This document shows, piece by piece, positions 1-9,532 of a DNA stretch of 46,713 nt. Both the position numbers and the translations under genes were made by a program. The notes beneath the pieces were generated by a model that searched no databases, was not told the DNA's origin, and saw only the letters and a list, made by a program, of their open reading frames with translations. Location: contig JAIPFR010000003.1 of assembly GCA_021736525.1 (NCBI GenBank), forward strand, positions 1 to 46,713, written 5' to 3'. The number at the start of each line of letters is the position of its first letter. Positions within the stretch are counted from its first letter, which is position 1. The DNA is from Spirochaetia bacterium. GTDB lineage: Bacteria > Spirochaetota > Spirochaetia > JABMQR01.

Positions 1-286
1 CCAGGGCCTTGCGGACATAGTCGAACTTCTGATAACCGCTGACAATAATAACCGGCAAATCGGGATAGAGCGTATTCAGCCGGGAAACCAGCTCAAGTCC
101 GTCCATCAACAGCATCTTGACATCGGTAATAACCAGATCAGGCACCTGTTCAGCAATCATATCCAGCGCGGCAGCACCATCACCGGCTGTTCGCGTAACG
201 GAAAAATCTGGAGCTGTCTCACTGATAAGCCGTGTCAGATAGCGGGCTGCAGCCGGCTCATCCTCCGCCAGCAGAATACTGAACAT
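1..286 (-). CDS. YesN-like response regulator, N-terminal receiver domain (runs off the window edge)
   Basis: Not in the ORF track. Manual translation from ATG at 286 gives MFSILLAEDEPAAARYL...PDLVITDIKML...PVIIVSGYQKFDYVRKAL, a receiver domain with the acidic pair and phospho-Asp. GGAGG RBS upstream; overlaps the kinase stop. Confidence 0.9.
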   Translation of the reverse strand, partial: MFSILLAEDEPAAARYLTRLISETAPDFSVTRTAGDGAAALDMIAEQVPDLVITDVKMLLMDGLELVSRLNTLYPDLPVIIVSGYQKFDYVRKAL

Positions 287-2177
287 AATCATCCTCCCCG
301 TCGTCACGCCTGCCGCTGCTCTTCATGGGATCGCTGCTCTTCATGGGATCGCTGCTCTTCATGGGATCGCTGCTGCTCAGGGGCCCGCCGATTCTCACAA
401 ACGCCCCTCCTGACGCTCTGTTGCCCATCTCCCAGTCCACATCACCATGGTAAAAAAGATAGAGCCGCGCATAGGTGCCGATAAGACCGAGACCGCCTAT
501 ATCGAGACCACGCTTCAGGATGCCAGGATCGGAGGATGTCTGCAGCGACCCGATCTGTGTTCGGAGCTTCTCTATACTCGCAGCACTGAAACCGTTCCCG
601 TTGTCCTGCAGTTCAAACACCCAGCGATCACCGTTGAGACGACCTGCAGCCTCAATCCGGATAGCACGCCTGTCCACAGCATACCCGTGGGCAAAAGAGT
701 TCTCAACAATCGGCTGCAGCACAATGCGTGGAAGCTGCACAGCAAGCACCTCCGAATCCATTGATATAGCATATTCCAGCTGATCCTCAAATCGCTGCTT
801 CATCAGAAACAGATATGTCCTCAGGTGGGCAAGCTCATCACCGAGAGTCGCCGGCCCCTCCGAAGTCGACGTGGAATACCGCAGCATCGTTGCCACACCG
901 TCGCAGATCTCCCCTATCAGACGATCCCCAAGCTCAAGACCTCTGCCGGCAATGACTGTGAGAATATTGTTGATAAAATGGGGATCCACCTGGGCCTGCA
1001 GGGAGTCAAATCTGGCTTTCAGCCAGAGCGTACGGGAATCCAGCTCCCGGTGAATGGACTGATCCAGCCGCTCCCTCAGGCTGATAAAGGCATGATCCAG
1101 AGCAGCAACTTCGTCATTGTCATGATTCAGCGGTTCACTGCTGCCGAGATTGGAAAGCTCCGTCTCTTCCATGCGGGCAGTTATCAGCCTGAGCGGCCGG
1201 GTGAGAAGACGCGATGAGATGACATTGTACACGAACGAAACCAGAAGCAGCAGCAGGCCGATACCGACTGTCAGATTGCGGGAAAAGGTCAGCGGGGCAA
1301 GAAGGATCTGCCGGTCAAGGATCAGCATAACCGATATCCCGGTTGATGGAGACGAGCTTACCAGCAGTGCCTCCTGACGGCCGCTCCTCTCGTTCAGAAA
1401 AAAATCCACCGGGGGATCTGAGACGAGATCCCTATAGTAAGCCTCCATAGCCGGTTCCCTTTCGCCGCTGCGGTAGAGAGTCTCCCCGGAATCGAGAAAG
1501 GCCAGGATGCGAACATAGTCCTGATCGGGAATGGTGAATACCGAGTCCAGTTTTTCAACTCTGTTCAGGACAAGCAGGTAGGACTGCTTAGTTGAGTTCA
1601 GCTCCTGAACCGCCCGTCCTCGACCGAATACCATCGATCCCCCCCCATCAGCCTGGGAATCGGAATCCCAGGGATCGGGAAAGGGAGCGAGGGTGACAAC
1701 CTTGCCGGCTGCGGCTTCAGCGTAAGACACCCAGGGGAGATCCTGCCACGCCGTACCTGCCTCGGCCGTCGTCAGATGCTCAATAAAATTACTGGAGAAA
1801 AAATCCTGCTCCCGGTTCAGAACAACCGCTGCGTAGAAATTTTTCATAATCGAGTAGGTTACCAGCCGGTTGCGCACCGTCCGCTGAGCCTCAGCAATAA
1901 ATTCGGTATTCACCGGATCACCCCGGTTAATCATATTCAGCGTGGCCAGGCTTGATTTGAATTCGGCATCGGAAATAAGGTTGGCGGTAATAAAATCCAT
2001 CGGCTGCAGCAGGCTGTCAAGCTGACTGCTGAGGTTGCGCGAAAGCAGCTGATGGGTATCCAGCGCATTGCGGGCAAAAAGATCGCTGCTGTAGTGATAA
2101 AACAGCAATGCCAGAACCATTACCAGCAGCAGAATCAGCATTGAATAGGTGATCAACAGTCTTCTCTGGAACTTCAT
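258..2177 (-). CDS. YesM/LytS-type membrane sensor histidine kinase
   Basis: Two TM segments, a HAMP-like region, LQAQVDPHFINN H-box, LQPIVENSF N-box, DNGNGF and GLGLIG motifs; adjacent to a response regulator. Confidence 0.9.
   Translation of the reverse strand: MKFQRRLLITYSMLILLLVMVLALLFYHYSSDLFARNALDTHQLLSRNLSSQLDSLLQPMDFITANLISDAEFKSSLATLNMINRGDPVNTEFIAEAQRTVRNRLVTYSIMKNFYAAVVLNREQDFFSSNFIEHLTTAEAGTAWQDLPWVSYAEAAAGKVVTLAPFPDPWDSDSQADGGGSMVFGRGRAVQELNSTKQSYLLVLNRVEKLDSVFTIPDQDYVRILAFLDSGETLYRSGEREPAMEAYYRDLVSDPPVDFFLNERSGRQEALLVSSSPSTGISVMLILDRQILLAPLTFSRNLTVGIGLLLLLVSFVYNVISSRLLTRPLRLITARMEETELSNLGSSEPLNHDNDEVAALDHAFISLRERLDQSIHRELDSRTLWLKARFDSLQAQVDPHFINNILTVIAGRGLELGDRLIGEICDGVATMLRYSTSTSEGPATLGDELAHLRTYLFLMKQRFEDQLEYAISMDSEVLAVQLPRIVLQPIVENSFAHGYAVDRRAIRIEAAGRLNGDRWVFELQDNGNGFSAASIEKLRTQIGSLQTSSDPGILKRGLDIGGLGLIGTYARLYLFYHGDVDWEMGNRASGGAFVRIGGPLSSSDPMKSSDPMKSSDPMKSSGRRDDGEDDYVQYSAGGG
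314..374. repeat. 18-bp tandem repeat (CGCTGCTCTTCATGGGAT x about 3.4) encoding SDPMKS repeats in the kinase C-terminal tail
   Basis: Read directly: units at 314-331, 332-349 and 350-367, partial unit at 368-374. Confidence 0.95.
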
Positions 2178-2320
2178 AAAACGCAGTATTCCTGTAGCAT
2201 GAAAATCTCATCCCTTTGCAAGGCCGGTGCCGCTGTAAAATGCCGCTGCAGATGCAATGTCACCGCAGAGGGGTGCCGGTGCCGCCATAATAGAGAGTTA
2301 TTATACATCCTGCTCCCGGG

Positions 2321-2398
2321 ATAAAGAAGGTGTCTGACACCGTTTTCCGAACAAATTGCGATTTTCGCAATCCAGCACGGATTTTTTGTGAGGGATCC
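2321..2398. repeat. Left copy of flanking direct repeat / REP-like element
   Basis: ATAAAGAAGGTGTCTGACACCGTTTTCCG (2321-2349) is identical to 46129-46157 and contains the palindrome GGTGTC-T-GACACC. The downstream CGCAATC...TTTTTT...GAGGGATCC is also similar in both copies. Confidence 0.85.
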
Positions 2399-2669
2399 TT
2401 CAAGGAAGGTATGATTCCAATGCCCTATAATTCCACTTAGAAGCGGTCTTACATATTATGCTGAATCGTGATATAACCAACGTGGTCCACCGCTGTTATA
2501 GTATATTTGTTTCCATTGCGGCCGATTCAGTACCGTTGCAGGAGAGGATTCATGATACAATATGCTATTCTTCCCGCATCAGGAATCATCAGGTATCATA
2601 TTGTACTACATAACAAGGTGAGCATGGTGGGTAGTGGGAAAGGCAGCGGAAACCGTACTATCAGCTGAG

Positions 2670-2743
2670 GAACGTCACAATCTGACCATAGTGACAAACG
2701 ATCTGACTTTACAGGTATTTTTGAGATTTAGGAGAACTGCTAA
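2670..2743 (+). pseudogene. Decayed fragment of a DeoR-family regulator
   Basis: 2670-2708 translates to ERHNLTIVTNDLT, identical to a segment of the DeoR protein at 22528-23319. After a 1-nt frameshift it continues TGIFEI*ENC*, versus AGILENNENCE in the intact gene. Confidence 0.8.
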
Positions 2744-2865
2744 GCCAGGGTTTTTTTAGAGGTCTGATGGCAGCTGATCGGATCAAGGCAGACTGACGAC
2801 ATGCATATGAGTGTATGGATATTGTGGTGTTGGTCTGAATGGTTATTGAGTATTGAGGATGGTAA

Positions 2866-3906
2866 ATGTTGGCTTTGATTCATCGTCATTCATTGTCAAA
2901 TGCAGGAGTTTTCAGGAAACGATTGGCTGCCATACTGCTATTATGCCTTTTGCTTATCGCTGAACTCCGCGCTGGAGGGATACATGAAAACCCGGTCACC
3001 ACCATTAATGTATCATTCTCTTTCGGCGCAGAGTGGCTTGAGATATACCAGACAATGGAAATATTGGCATTACGCGCCAGTGAGAAATCAGGGAGCAATA
3101 TTGAGTTTAAATTCTGGTATGCCGATGGGAATCTGGAAAAAGAATCTCTGAATATTGAGAGAGCAATAAACTCCAAACCGGATGTCTTGGTTCTGATGCC
3201 AATAAGCGCGGAACATATCCTGCAGCAAATTGAACATGCGTATGTAATGAAGATCCCCGTAATTGTGTACAACCGCATGCAGAAAAGCCATACCTTTATT
3301 CAACCCGATGTATTTATTGGCCTTGATACCTATAATCAAGCCTATACAACAGCAATAGGACTGTTCAAGTTGATGCAGCAGGATGGTATTGCACCGATGC
3401 CAGTGCTTTTACTCGGGGATTTGCGTGATAACAACTCAATTAATCGAAGGCTGGGATTTATAAAGGCTGCAAATGACTTTGGGGTAGAAATACTGAAGGA
3501 AATTGAGACTGACTGGAATGCTAAAAAAGCTGCAGAAGGATTGGATACGGCTCTGAAAGAGTTTCCCAATCTGAATGCTATCCTGCTAAGCTCAGATTTT
3601 ATGATTACCGAGATAAAAAAAGTGTTGAGTAATCATCAGCGCTGGGCTCCTTACGGTGAGATGAATCATGTTTATTTAGGAGCGCAGGATGTATTCAAGG
3701 ATGCTATACCGCTGATAAGAAGCGGTTATATAGATATCGATACCGCTTTCGATATCTGGTCAATGTCCACTACCCTCATTCAGGTAATAAGCACCTTGGC
3801 TTCGGGAGAAAAACCATCCCAGAAGGTCTTTCTTGTCCCGGGAAAAGTTATCACGCAGAAAAATATAGATTCAATCAAAGATCTTTGGTCGCTTGAAATT
3901 GAATGA
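2866..3906 (+). CDS. Stand-alone RbsB-like sugar-binding protein, paralog of 9533-10561
   Basis: Hydrophobic N-terminal signal; periplasmic binding protein type I motifs (PDVLVLMP, IPVIVYNR, ETDWNAKKA, ILLSSDF, GYIDID). Start codon uncertain. Confidence 0.8.
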   Translation: MLALIHRHSLSNAGVFRKRLAAILLLCLLLIAELRAGGIHENPVTTINVSFSFGAEWLEIYQTMEILALRASEKSGSNIEFKFWYADGNLEKESLNIERAINSKPDVLVLMPISAEHILQQIEHAYVMKIPVIVYNRMQKSHTFIQPDVFIGLDTYNQAYTTAIGLFKLMQQDGIAPMPVLLLGDLRDNNSINRRLGFIKAANDFGVEILKEIETDWNAKKAAEGLDTALKEFPNLNAILLSSDFMITEIKKVLSNHQRWAPYGEMNHVYLGAQDVFKDAIPLIRSGYIDIDTAFDIWSMSTTLIQVISTLASGEKPSQKVFLVPGKVITQKNIDSIKDLWSLEIE

Positions 3907-3916
3907 GTGACAGCTG

Positions 3917-5827
3917 TTATATGGAGTGTTTCTGCTTATACTCTTTAGGTGTGGAGCCATAGCGTTTCTTGAATAACGTATAGAAATGCATATCATTTAA
4001 TATTCCAACAGATTTACATATCTCCGAGATGGTTGAATTCTCCTTGAGTAGCAAATCCCGGGCAGTTTCCAAACGTTTGTTATTAACAGTCTCCAGGATT
4101 GATGCTCCAGTTTGATGTTTGAAAATTCTATTCAGATATGCTCCGGAAAGTTTCAGCTGTTCAGAAATAAAGTCCGTCGACAAATTGGGATTGGAAAAAT
4201 CTTTCTGAATTATTTCATTTATCTGACTTATCTGACTGTTCTTATAATTCTCTTGTTTCTGAGAAAGTTCCAGCGCTACATGATCGATCAGGCTGAATAT
4301 TGATTCATTTATTTCGCTGAGGGTTTCCATCGAATAAATCCTGCGTGTGAAATCGATCATATCTAAATCGTTACTGATATTGTTATATTTTTCAAGAGTA
4401 TCAAGTGCCGAAGTGATGGCAACAACTACGCGATTGATTCCATTCCTGATTATCGAATAATTTGATTGGGTGAGAACGGTCATGATTTCCGTATACACTT
4501 CTTTGGCTTTATCAATATTTCCCTGTTTTAACTGCTCAACAAGCGGTTTCTCGAGCTGCATGGGATAGCTGACTACAATCTTCTGCCTCATTTCAATCTC
4601 ATCGGTTGAAATGATTTTTTCATTTCCGTACAGGATCTTATAGTACGAGGCTTCGTATACTTTTTTGAAAGATTTCTGGGTCTCTTCAGGAAATAGATGC
4701 TCTTGACCATATGTGAAAGAGAAAGAAAAATTAGTTTTCTGATTTATTAATTCTTTAATGCAGTTTATCAGTTTAACGGTACGCTCCTGATTGGTCTCAG
4801 ATAATAGAATTCCAGACAAGAAGTGGAAAACAGCGATGCCTTCTTCAAAAGGGATCAGCAGACAATTGAGTGAATGGTTTTTCAGCTCATTCTCAACATA
4901 CCTCGATAAAGAGGAGAGTCTCCAGCTGATCTCGGTCGGGCCGATCTCATTTTCATGAATTGCGTAGTTGCTGAATTTCATAAGCACGGGTATAGTCTTC
5001 TTCCCATATTCAATATCTGTGATTAATGGGCATATATTATCCCAGCTTTCCAGTCCTTTCATGAATCTTTTCAGGGCATTGTTTCTAGCGCTGCGTTTGT
5101 ATTCATCTATCTGTTTTTTCGATATTATCTGCTGCCGGAATGAAAAGAAAACAAGCAGTATGGCTAGGATGAACATGAAAAGCATAATCCATGATAGGAC
5201 CATCAGAATTGCTGACGATGTCTTTTGCTCCTGACGGACCGCATTTGTATAGCTGTTCATAAGGCGATAGAATTCTTTGGATGATATGTCGAGAAATGCA
5301 AACTGATTCAAAAGATTCATGAGATTAACGTTGTCGTTGAAGTCGATTTTGTCCGTCATCCGGTAGGTAAAGTAATTACTTATCAATTCCGGGAAGAGCA
5401 GATCATCCAGACCGGATTTTTCCAACTCCTTTAGCAGCTCATGAATTTCCATCAACTTGTTCTGCGTTGAATCCCATATAAATGAAAGAAACTGGAGATT
5501 GACCCTGGAGAAATCGGTAATGGTAATTTTCTCGGCATTCCGGATTAACTGTGAGAATATTCTCTGGAAGTCGTATATCTGGTTTTCCCAGTTTGAAACA
5601 TTCTCCTTGTAATCAAACGCACCAAGAACAGTCACATTCGACCGATTGACAAGAAAGTCATTCTTTATCCTCTCAAGATTGTTCCAACTGTCCATGACAG
5701 TCTGAGCCTCAGTAATGAGCCGGTTATATTTCTTACTCCTGTCCCCGGTACTGATGATTGCCGCAGAGAGAATGATTATTATCAGTGAGATTGCAATAAT
5801 ATATCGATTATTTATGCTTTTTAACAT
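3917..5827 (-). CDS. Membrane-anchored AraC-family transcriptional regulator
   Basis: Two hydrophobic segments (about aa 9-26 and 207-230) flank an extracytoplasmic region. C-terminal AraC double HTH (LSTDFISEQLKLSGAYLNRIFK ... HFYTLFKKRYGSTPKEYK). Confidence 0.85.
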   Translation of the reverse strand: MLKSINNRYIIAISLIIIILSAAIISTGDRSKKYNRLITEAQTVMDSWNNLERIKNDFLVNRSNVTVLGAFDYKENVSNWENQIYDFQRIFSQLIRNAEKITITDFSRVNLQFLSFIWDSTQNKLMEIHELLKELEKSGLDDLLFPELISNYFTYRMTDKIDFNDNVNLMNLLNQFAFLDISSKEFYRLMNSYTNAVRQEQKTSSAILMVLSWIMLFMFILAILLVFFSFRQQIISKKQIDEYKRSARNNALKRFMKGLESWDNICPLITDIEYGKKTIPVLMKFSNYAIHENEIGPTEISWRLSSLSRYVENELKNHSLNCLLIPFEEGIAVFHFLSGILLSETNQERTVKLINCIKELINQKTNFSFSFTYGQEHLFPEETQKSFKKVYEASYYKILYGNEKIISTDEIEMRQKIVVSYPMQLEKPLVEQLKQGNIDKAKEVYTEIMTVLTQSNYSIIRNGINRVVVAITSALDTLEKYNNISNDLDMIDFTRRIYSMETLSEINESIFSLIDHVALELSQKQENYKNSQISQINEIIQKDFSNPNLSTDFISEQLKLSGAYLNRIFKHQTGASILETVNNKRLETARDLLLKENSTISEICKSVGILNDMHFYTLFKKRYGSTPKEYKQKHSI

Positions 5828-6004
5828 ATTTCACCCCCATTCTACGGCCGGTTATCTATGTTCGCAACAGGAAAATGTTCGAAATGTGAATAAATAACAG
5901 GTTTTTAAATACTGGCATGTTCTTAAAACCAAGAAATCAAACAATTACACAGTTTTCAGGTTTCTGGTTCAGTCGTAAGGTACAGAAAAATACTTTTCAG
6001 GAAG

Positions 6005-7012
6005 GTGCTAATGAGTAATAAGCCGAATGACGATGGATTGTTTCCAGCAGTGGATCAACAACTTTTGAGTCTTAGATTGAAGCGCTTAGTCCAAAGAGCA
6101 TTTCCCTTACTGGTGGTTGTTTTGGTGCTACTGTTTATCAGTCTTCTGGTACCCAGGTTTTTTCACCCGCGGAATCTGAAAAATATTCTTGTGCAGTCAT
6201 CGACATTAGGTTTGATGGCTATCGGGATGACCCTTGTCTATCTTATTGGAGGAATGGATTTATCTATCCCATCAGTGATGGCTGTGAGCGGCATCATGGG
6301 TGCAATGATCATGAAAAGCGGCGGTTCACCGGTGCTTGGTGTGATCATCACAATAGCAGCCGGAGCCGTGGTGGGAGCTGTGAATGGACTTTCAGTTTCT
6401 TTTCTGAAGATGATTCCGTTTGTGGTCACACTTGCTATGATGCAGGTCATGTCGGGCATATCAACATGGGTTACAAATTCAGTCAGCATTGCAGTTCCTC
6501 TGGATTATATAGATATTATTCTGTTTAAAATCGGAGAACTGCCCTTACCAGTTTATTTATTTGTGACTCTAACAATTGTTTCAACCTATTTCTGCAAATC
6601 TACGATCTATGGACGATGGCTGTATGCAATTGGAACCAATCTTGAGTCATCTAAAGTGTGCATGATCCCCGTCCGGAAGACAATTTTCCTTACCTATACA
6701 GTCTCAGGCATGTTTGCAGGGCTGACTGGTGTTCTGCTTACTGCGCGGTTAGGGGCCGCAGGTCCGCTAATGGGATCTTCAAATGTAATCCTGGATGTGA
6801 TGAGTGCCTCCGTAGTAGGTGGAGTAAGTATATATGGGGGAGTGGGCAGCCCTTTGGGAGCTGCTGTTGGGGCGGTGGTCATCACAGTTCTCAACAATGT
6901 CCTGAATCTGCTCAGAGTTGATTTTTTTCCAGCTCAGGTAATTAAAGGGGTAATAGTGATTGTATTTGTAGCATTTGATTCATTCGGCAGAAGTCACAGG
7001 AGACAGGGATGA
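6005..7012 (+). CDS. Sugar ABC transporter permease (RbsC family)
   Basis: Multi-TM protein with GGMDLS, IPFVVTLAM, YGRWLYAIGTN and VVGGVSIYGGVG motifs. Start GTG 6005 or ATG 6011. Confidence 0.92.
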   Translation: MLMSNKPNDDGLFPAVDQQLLSLRLKRLVQRAFPLLVVVLVLLFISLLVPRFFHPRNLKNILVQSSTLGLMAIGMTLVYLIGGMDLSIPSVMAVSGIMGAMIMKSGGSPVLGVIITIAAGAVVGAVNGLSVSFLKMIPFVVTLAMMQVMSGISTWVTNSVSIAVPLDYIDIILFKIGELPLPVYLFVTLTIVSTYFCKSTIYGRWLYAIGTNLESSKVCMIPVRKTIFLTYTVSGMFAGLTGVLLTARLGAAGPLMGSSNVILDVMSASVVGGVSIYGGVGSPLGAAVGAVVITVLNNVLNLLRVDFFPAQVIKGVIVIVFVAFDSFGRSHRRQG

Positions 7013-8529
7013 GTTCAACAGTATTGAAGATGATCGGTATTGGAAAAAGCTTTCCTGGTGTCAGGGCTCTTCATAATGTGACATTCACGGCTTACGCTGG
7101 AGAGGCAATTGCCCTGCTTGGTGCTAACGGTGCCGGTAAAAGTACGCTTATGAATGTGCTGGGAGGGGTAATCCGGCATGATGATGGTAAACTTGAGATT
7201 CAAGGAAAGAGTGTGGAGTTTAAAAACCCTAAAGACGCACAGGCTGAAGGAATAGCCTTTGTCCATCAAGAAATGGCACTGCTTCCGACCATGACAGTGA
7301 TGGACAATATGTTCATTGCCGACTTTCCAAAGCGATGGGGCGCAATAATCAACCGGACTGAAATGCGAAATCAATGCACAGAGGTCCTTGAACGTCTTGG
7401 GTGCAGGATTTCGCCGGATAATTATATCAAGAACCTTGGTACCGGCGACAGGCAAATGGTTGAAATAGGGCGAGCTTTACTGGGAAATAACAGGATCTTC
7501 ATCTTTGACGAACCAACTTCATCGCTTACGAAAGGAGAGAAAGATAATCTCATCAAAGTGATAGAGCGGCTGAAGCGTGAGGGGATGGCTATCATCTACA
7601 TAACCCACTTCCTCAGTGAGGTTTATGATATATGTGACAGGGTATGTGTATTGCGGGGAGGAGAAGTAGCCGGCGGTGGGCTAATATCCGAAGTCAGTAT
7701 GAATAAGCTAGTTCGTATGATGGTTGGAGATGTGAAAATTGGTGATCGGGGAAGTGAACGGAATACTGCTGCGCGAAAACCGATCTTTCAAGTGGATGAA
7801 CTGAACCGCAGAGGAGTACTCGAAAATATCAACTTTACCCTGAACAAGGGAGAGATACTTGGTTTCTGGGGCCTTCTTGGGTCAGGCAGGACGGAAACAG
7901 CCCGGGCTATTATGGGGCTGGATACGGTGGATTCGCTGAAAATTTCGACTTGGAAGGATGATAGATTGACCGAAGTCTCAACCGAATTTGTTCAGCATAA
8001 CATAGGACTTATTACGGAAGAGCGCCGTGTTGACGGGCTGTTTTTGCCAATGTCGGTGAGCAGAAACATGTCAATGGCCAACCTGAGAAATATCCGGAAA
8101 AAGCATAGTGCAGTTATTGACCGGAAAAGAGAGGCGGAACTTAGCAGAGAGTTCACCGATCGGCTGAATATAAAAATCACCAGCATTGAACAGAAAGTAG
8201 AGACACTCAGCGGCGGGAATCAGCAGAAGGTAATTCTTGGACGCTGGCTGGAAGTTAATCCGGACATTCTGATTATGGATGAGCCAACACGCGGACTTGA
8301 CGTTTCAGCCAAGGCTGAGATTGCGAGGATTATTGTCAGACTGGCAAAGGAGGGAACTTCGATCATTTTGATCAGCTCCGAAATCGAGGAGATGATGTCA
8401 CTGTGTGATCGATTTCTCGTTTTTAACAAGGGCCGGATAATTTCGAATCTAGAATACGGAGTATCTCAGGAAGAGCTGGTGGGCCTTGCGGCAGGAACTG
8501 CGGATGCTTCAAAGAGAGTTATGGCATGA
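7009..8529 (+). CDS. Sugar ABC transporter ATP-binding protein (RbsA/MglA family, two NBDs)
   Basis: GANGAGKST Walker A, IFDEPT, second NBD with LSGGNQQKV and MDEPTRGLDV. Confidence 0.95.
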   Translation: MSSTVLKMIGIGKSFPGVRALHNVTFTAYAGEAIALLGANGAGKSTLMNVLGGVIRHDDGKLEIQGKSVEFKNPKDAQAEGIAFVHQEMALLPTMTVMDNMFIADFPKRWGAIINRTEMRNQCTEVLERLGCRISPDNYIKNLGTGDRQMVEIGRALLGNNRIFIFDEPTSSLTKGEKDNLIKVIERLKREGMAIIYITHFLSEVYDICDRVCVLRGGEVAGGGLISEVSMNKLVRMMVGDVKIGDRGSERNTAARKPIFQVDELNRRGVLENINFTLNKGEILGFWGLLGSGRTETARAIMGLDTVDSLKISTWKDDRLTEVSTEFVQHNIGLITEERRVDGLFLPMSVSRNMSMANLRNIRKKHSAVIDRKREAELSREFTDRLNIKITSIEQKVETLSGGNQQKVILGRWLEVNPDILIMDEPTRGLDVSAKAEIARIIVRLAKEGTSIILISSEIEEMMSLCDRFLVFNKGRIISNLEYGVSQEELVGLAAGTADASKRVMA

Positions 8530-9509
8530 AACTGAAACAATTATCAATCAAAGATTCACTTTTCAAATACGGATTCTATGTAATTTTATTCGGTGTTATT
8601 CTCTTTTTCACCTTCTCAGCCGAATACTTTCTGACATTCGCAAATATTAACAGTCTTGTTCATGCAGCAGCTCCGATGCTGATTATCGCTGCAGGAATGG
8701 CGTTTGTGGTCTTCACCGGCAAACTGGATATATCACTTGGTTCCATTGCCTATCTCTCCACCTGTATCGGTGCTGTACTAATGAAAAACCTGGGATTCCC
8801 TCCCGCGGCAGCTTTTATCATCGTACTGCTTTCAGGGATCGTCCTTGGCGGCATAAACGGTTTTATTATCGTGATACTGAAGGTTAATCCTCTTATCACC
8901 ACCCTCGGAACATTAACAGCTTTTCGTGGACTTGGTCTGATCTTAACCCAGTCGTTTGAGATCAGGATGCCGGAAGCTGTGCGGGCGTTTGGTACTTCCA
9001 GAATACTCGGCGTTTTCAGTGATGTATGGCTGGCACTACTTCTTCTAATTCTACTGCATTTCATTCACCAGAAAGCTGTCTTTGGAAAGCAGGTTACGGC
9101 TCTTGGCAATGGTGAGGAGGTTTGCCTGAGATTGGGAATCAGAGTTGACCGGACCATTTTTTTGACATTCATGCTGGCTGGATTTCTGGCTAGCATCGGA
9201 GGAATAGTCAGTATGGCGCAGATCGGTCAGTCCACAACGTTTCTTGGCAAAGGTATGGAATTTACCGCCGTTGCGGCGATAGTGCTGGGAGGAATCAGTC
9301 TGTTTGGTGGGGAGGGCAAGATTATTCCCGGTGTTCTGATCGGTGTACTGACATTGGAGCTGATCAGAAATGGTCTTAATCATCTGGGCGCCAATCCATA
9401 CCTGTATGAGTTTGTCAATGGAGGAATTATTTTCACAGCAATGTCTGCGGACGCATTGAAAGCCCGCTTGAGAGGTCAAGTAATACTCGTCTCGGACGAG
9501 AATACTTAA
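8526..9509 (+). CDS. Sugar ABC transporter permease (RbsC family)
   Basis: TGKLDISLGS, NPLITTLGT and AIVLGGISLFGGEG motifs; ATGA overlap with the ATPase gene. Confidence 0.92.
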   Translation: MKLKQLSIKDSLFKYGFYVILFGVILFFTFSAEYFLTFANINSLVHAAAPMLIIAAGMAFVVFTGKLDISLGSIAYLSTCIGAVLMKNLGFPPAAAFIIVLLSGIVLGGINGFIIVILKVNPLITTLGTLTAFRGLGLILTQSFEIRMPEAVRAFGTSRILGVFSDVWLALLLLILLHFIHQKAVFGKQVTALGNGEEVCLRLGIRVDRTIFLTFMLAGFLASIGGIVSMAQIGQSTTFLGKGMEFTAVAAIVLGGISLFGGEGKIIPGVLIGVLTLELIRNGLNHLGANPYLYEFVNGGIIFTAMSADALKARLRGQVILVSDENT

Positions 9510-9532
9510 TAAACATTTATTAGGAGGAACTA

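Noticed and set aside
314-374. Tandem repeat as a possible CRISPR array
   Set aside because: The units are contiguous with no spacers, in frame within a CDS, and no cas genes are present.
2221-2290. Short GCCGGTGCCGC and TGCCGCTG repeats upstream of the first kinase
   Set aside because: Too short and irregular in GC-rich DNA to assign a function.
5855-5925. ATGTTC repeats as AraC-binding sites
   Set aside because: Only 6-7 bp with irregular spacing (17 and 42 bp); not distinguishable from chance.
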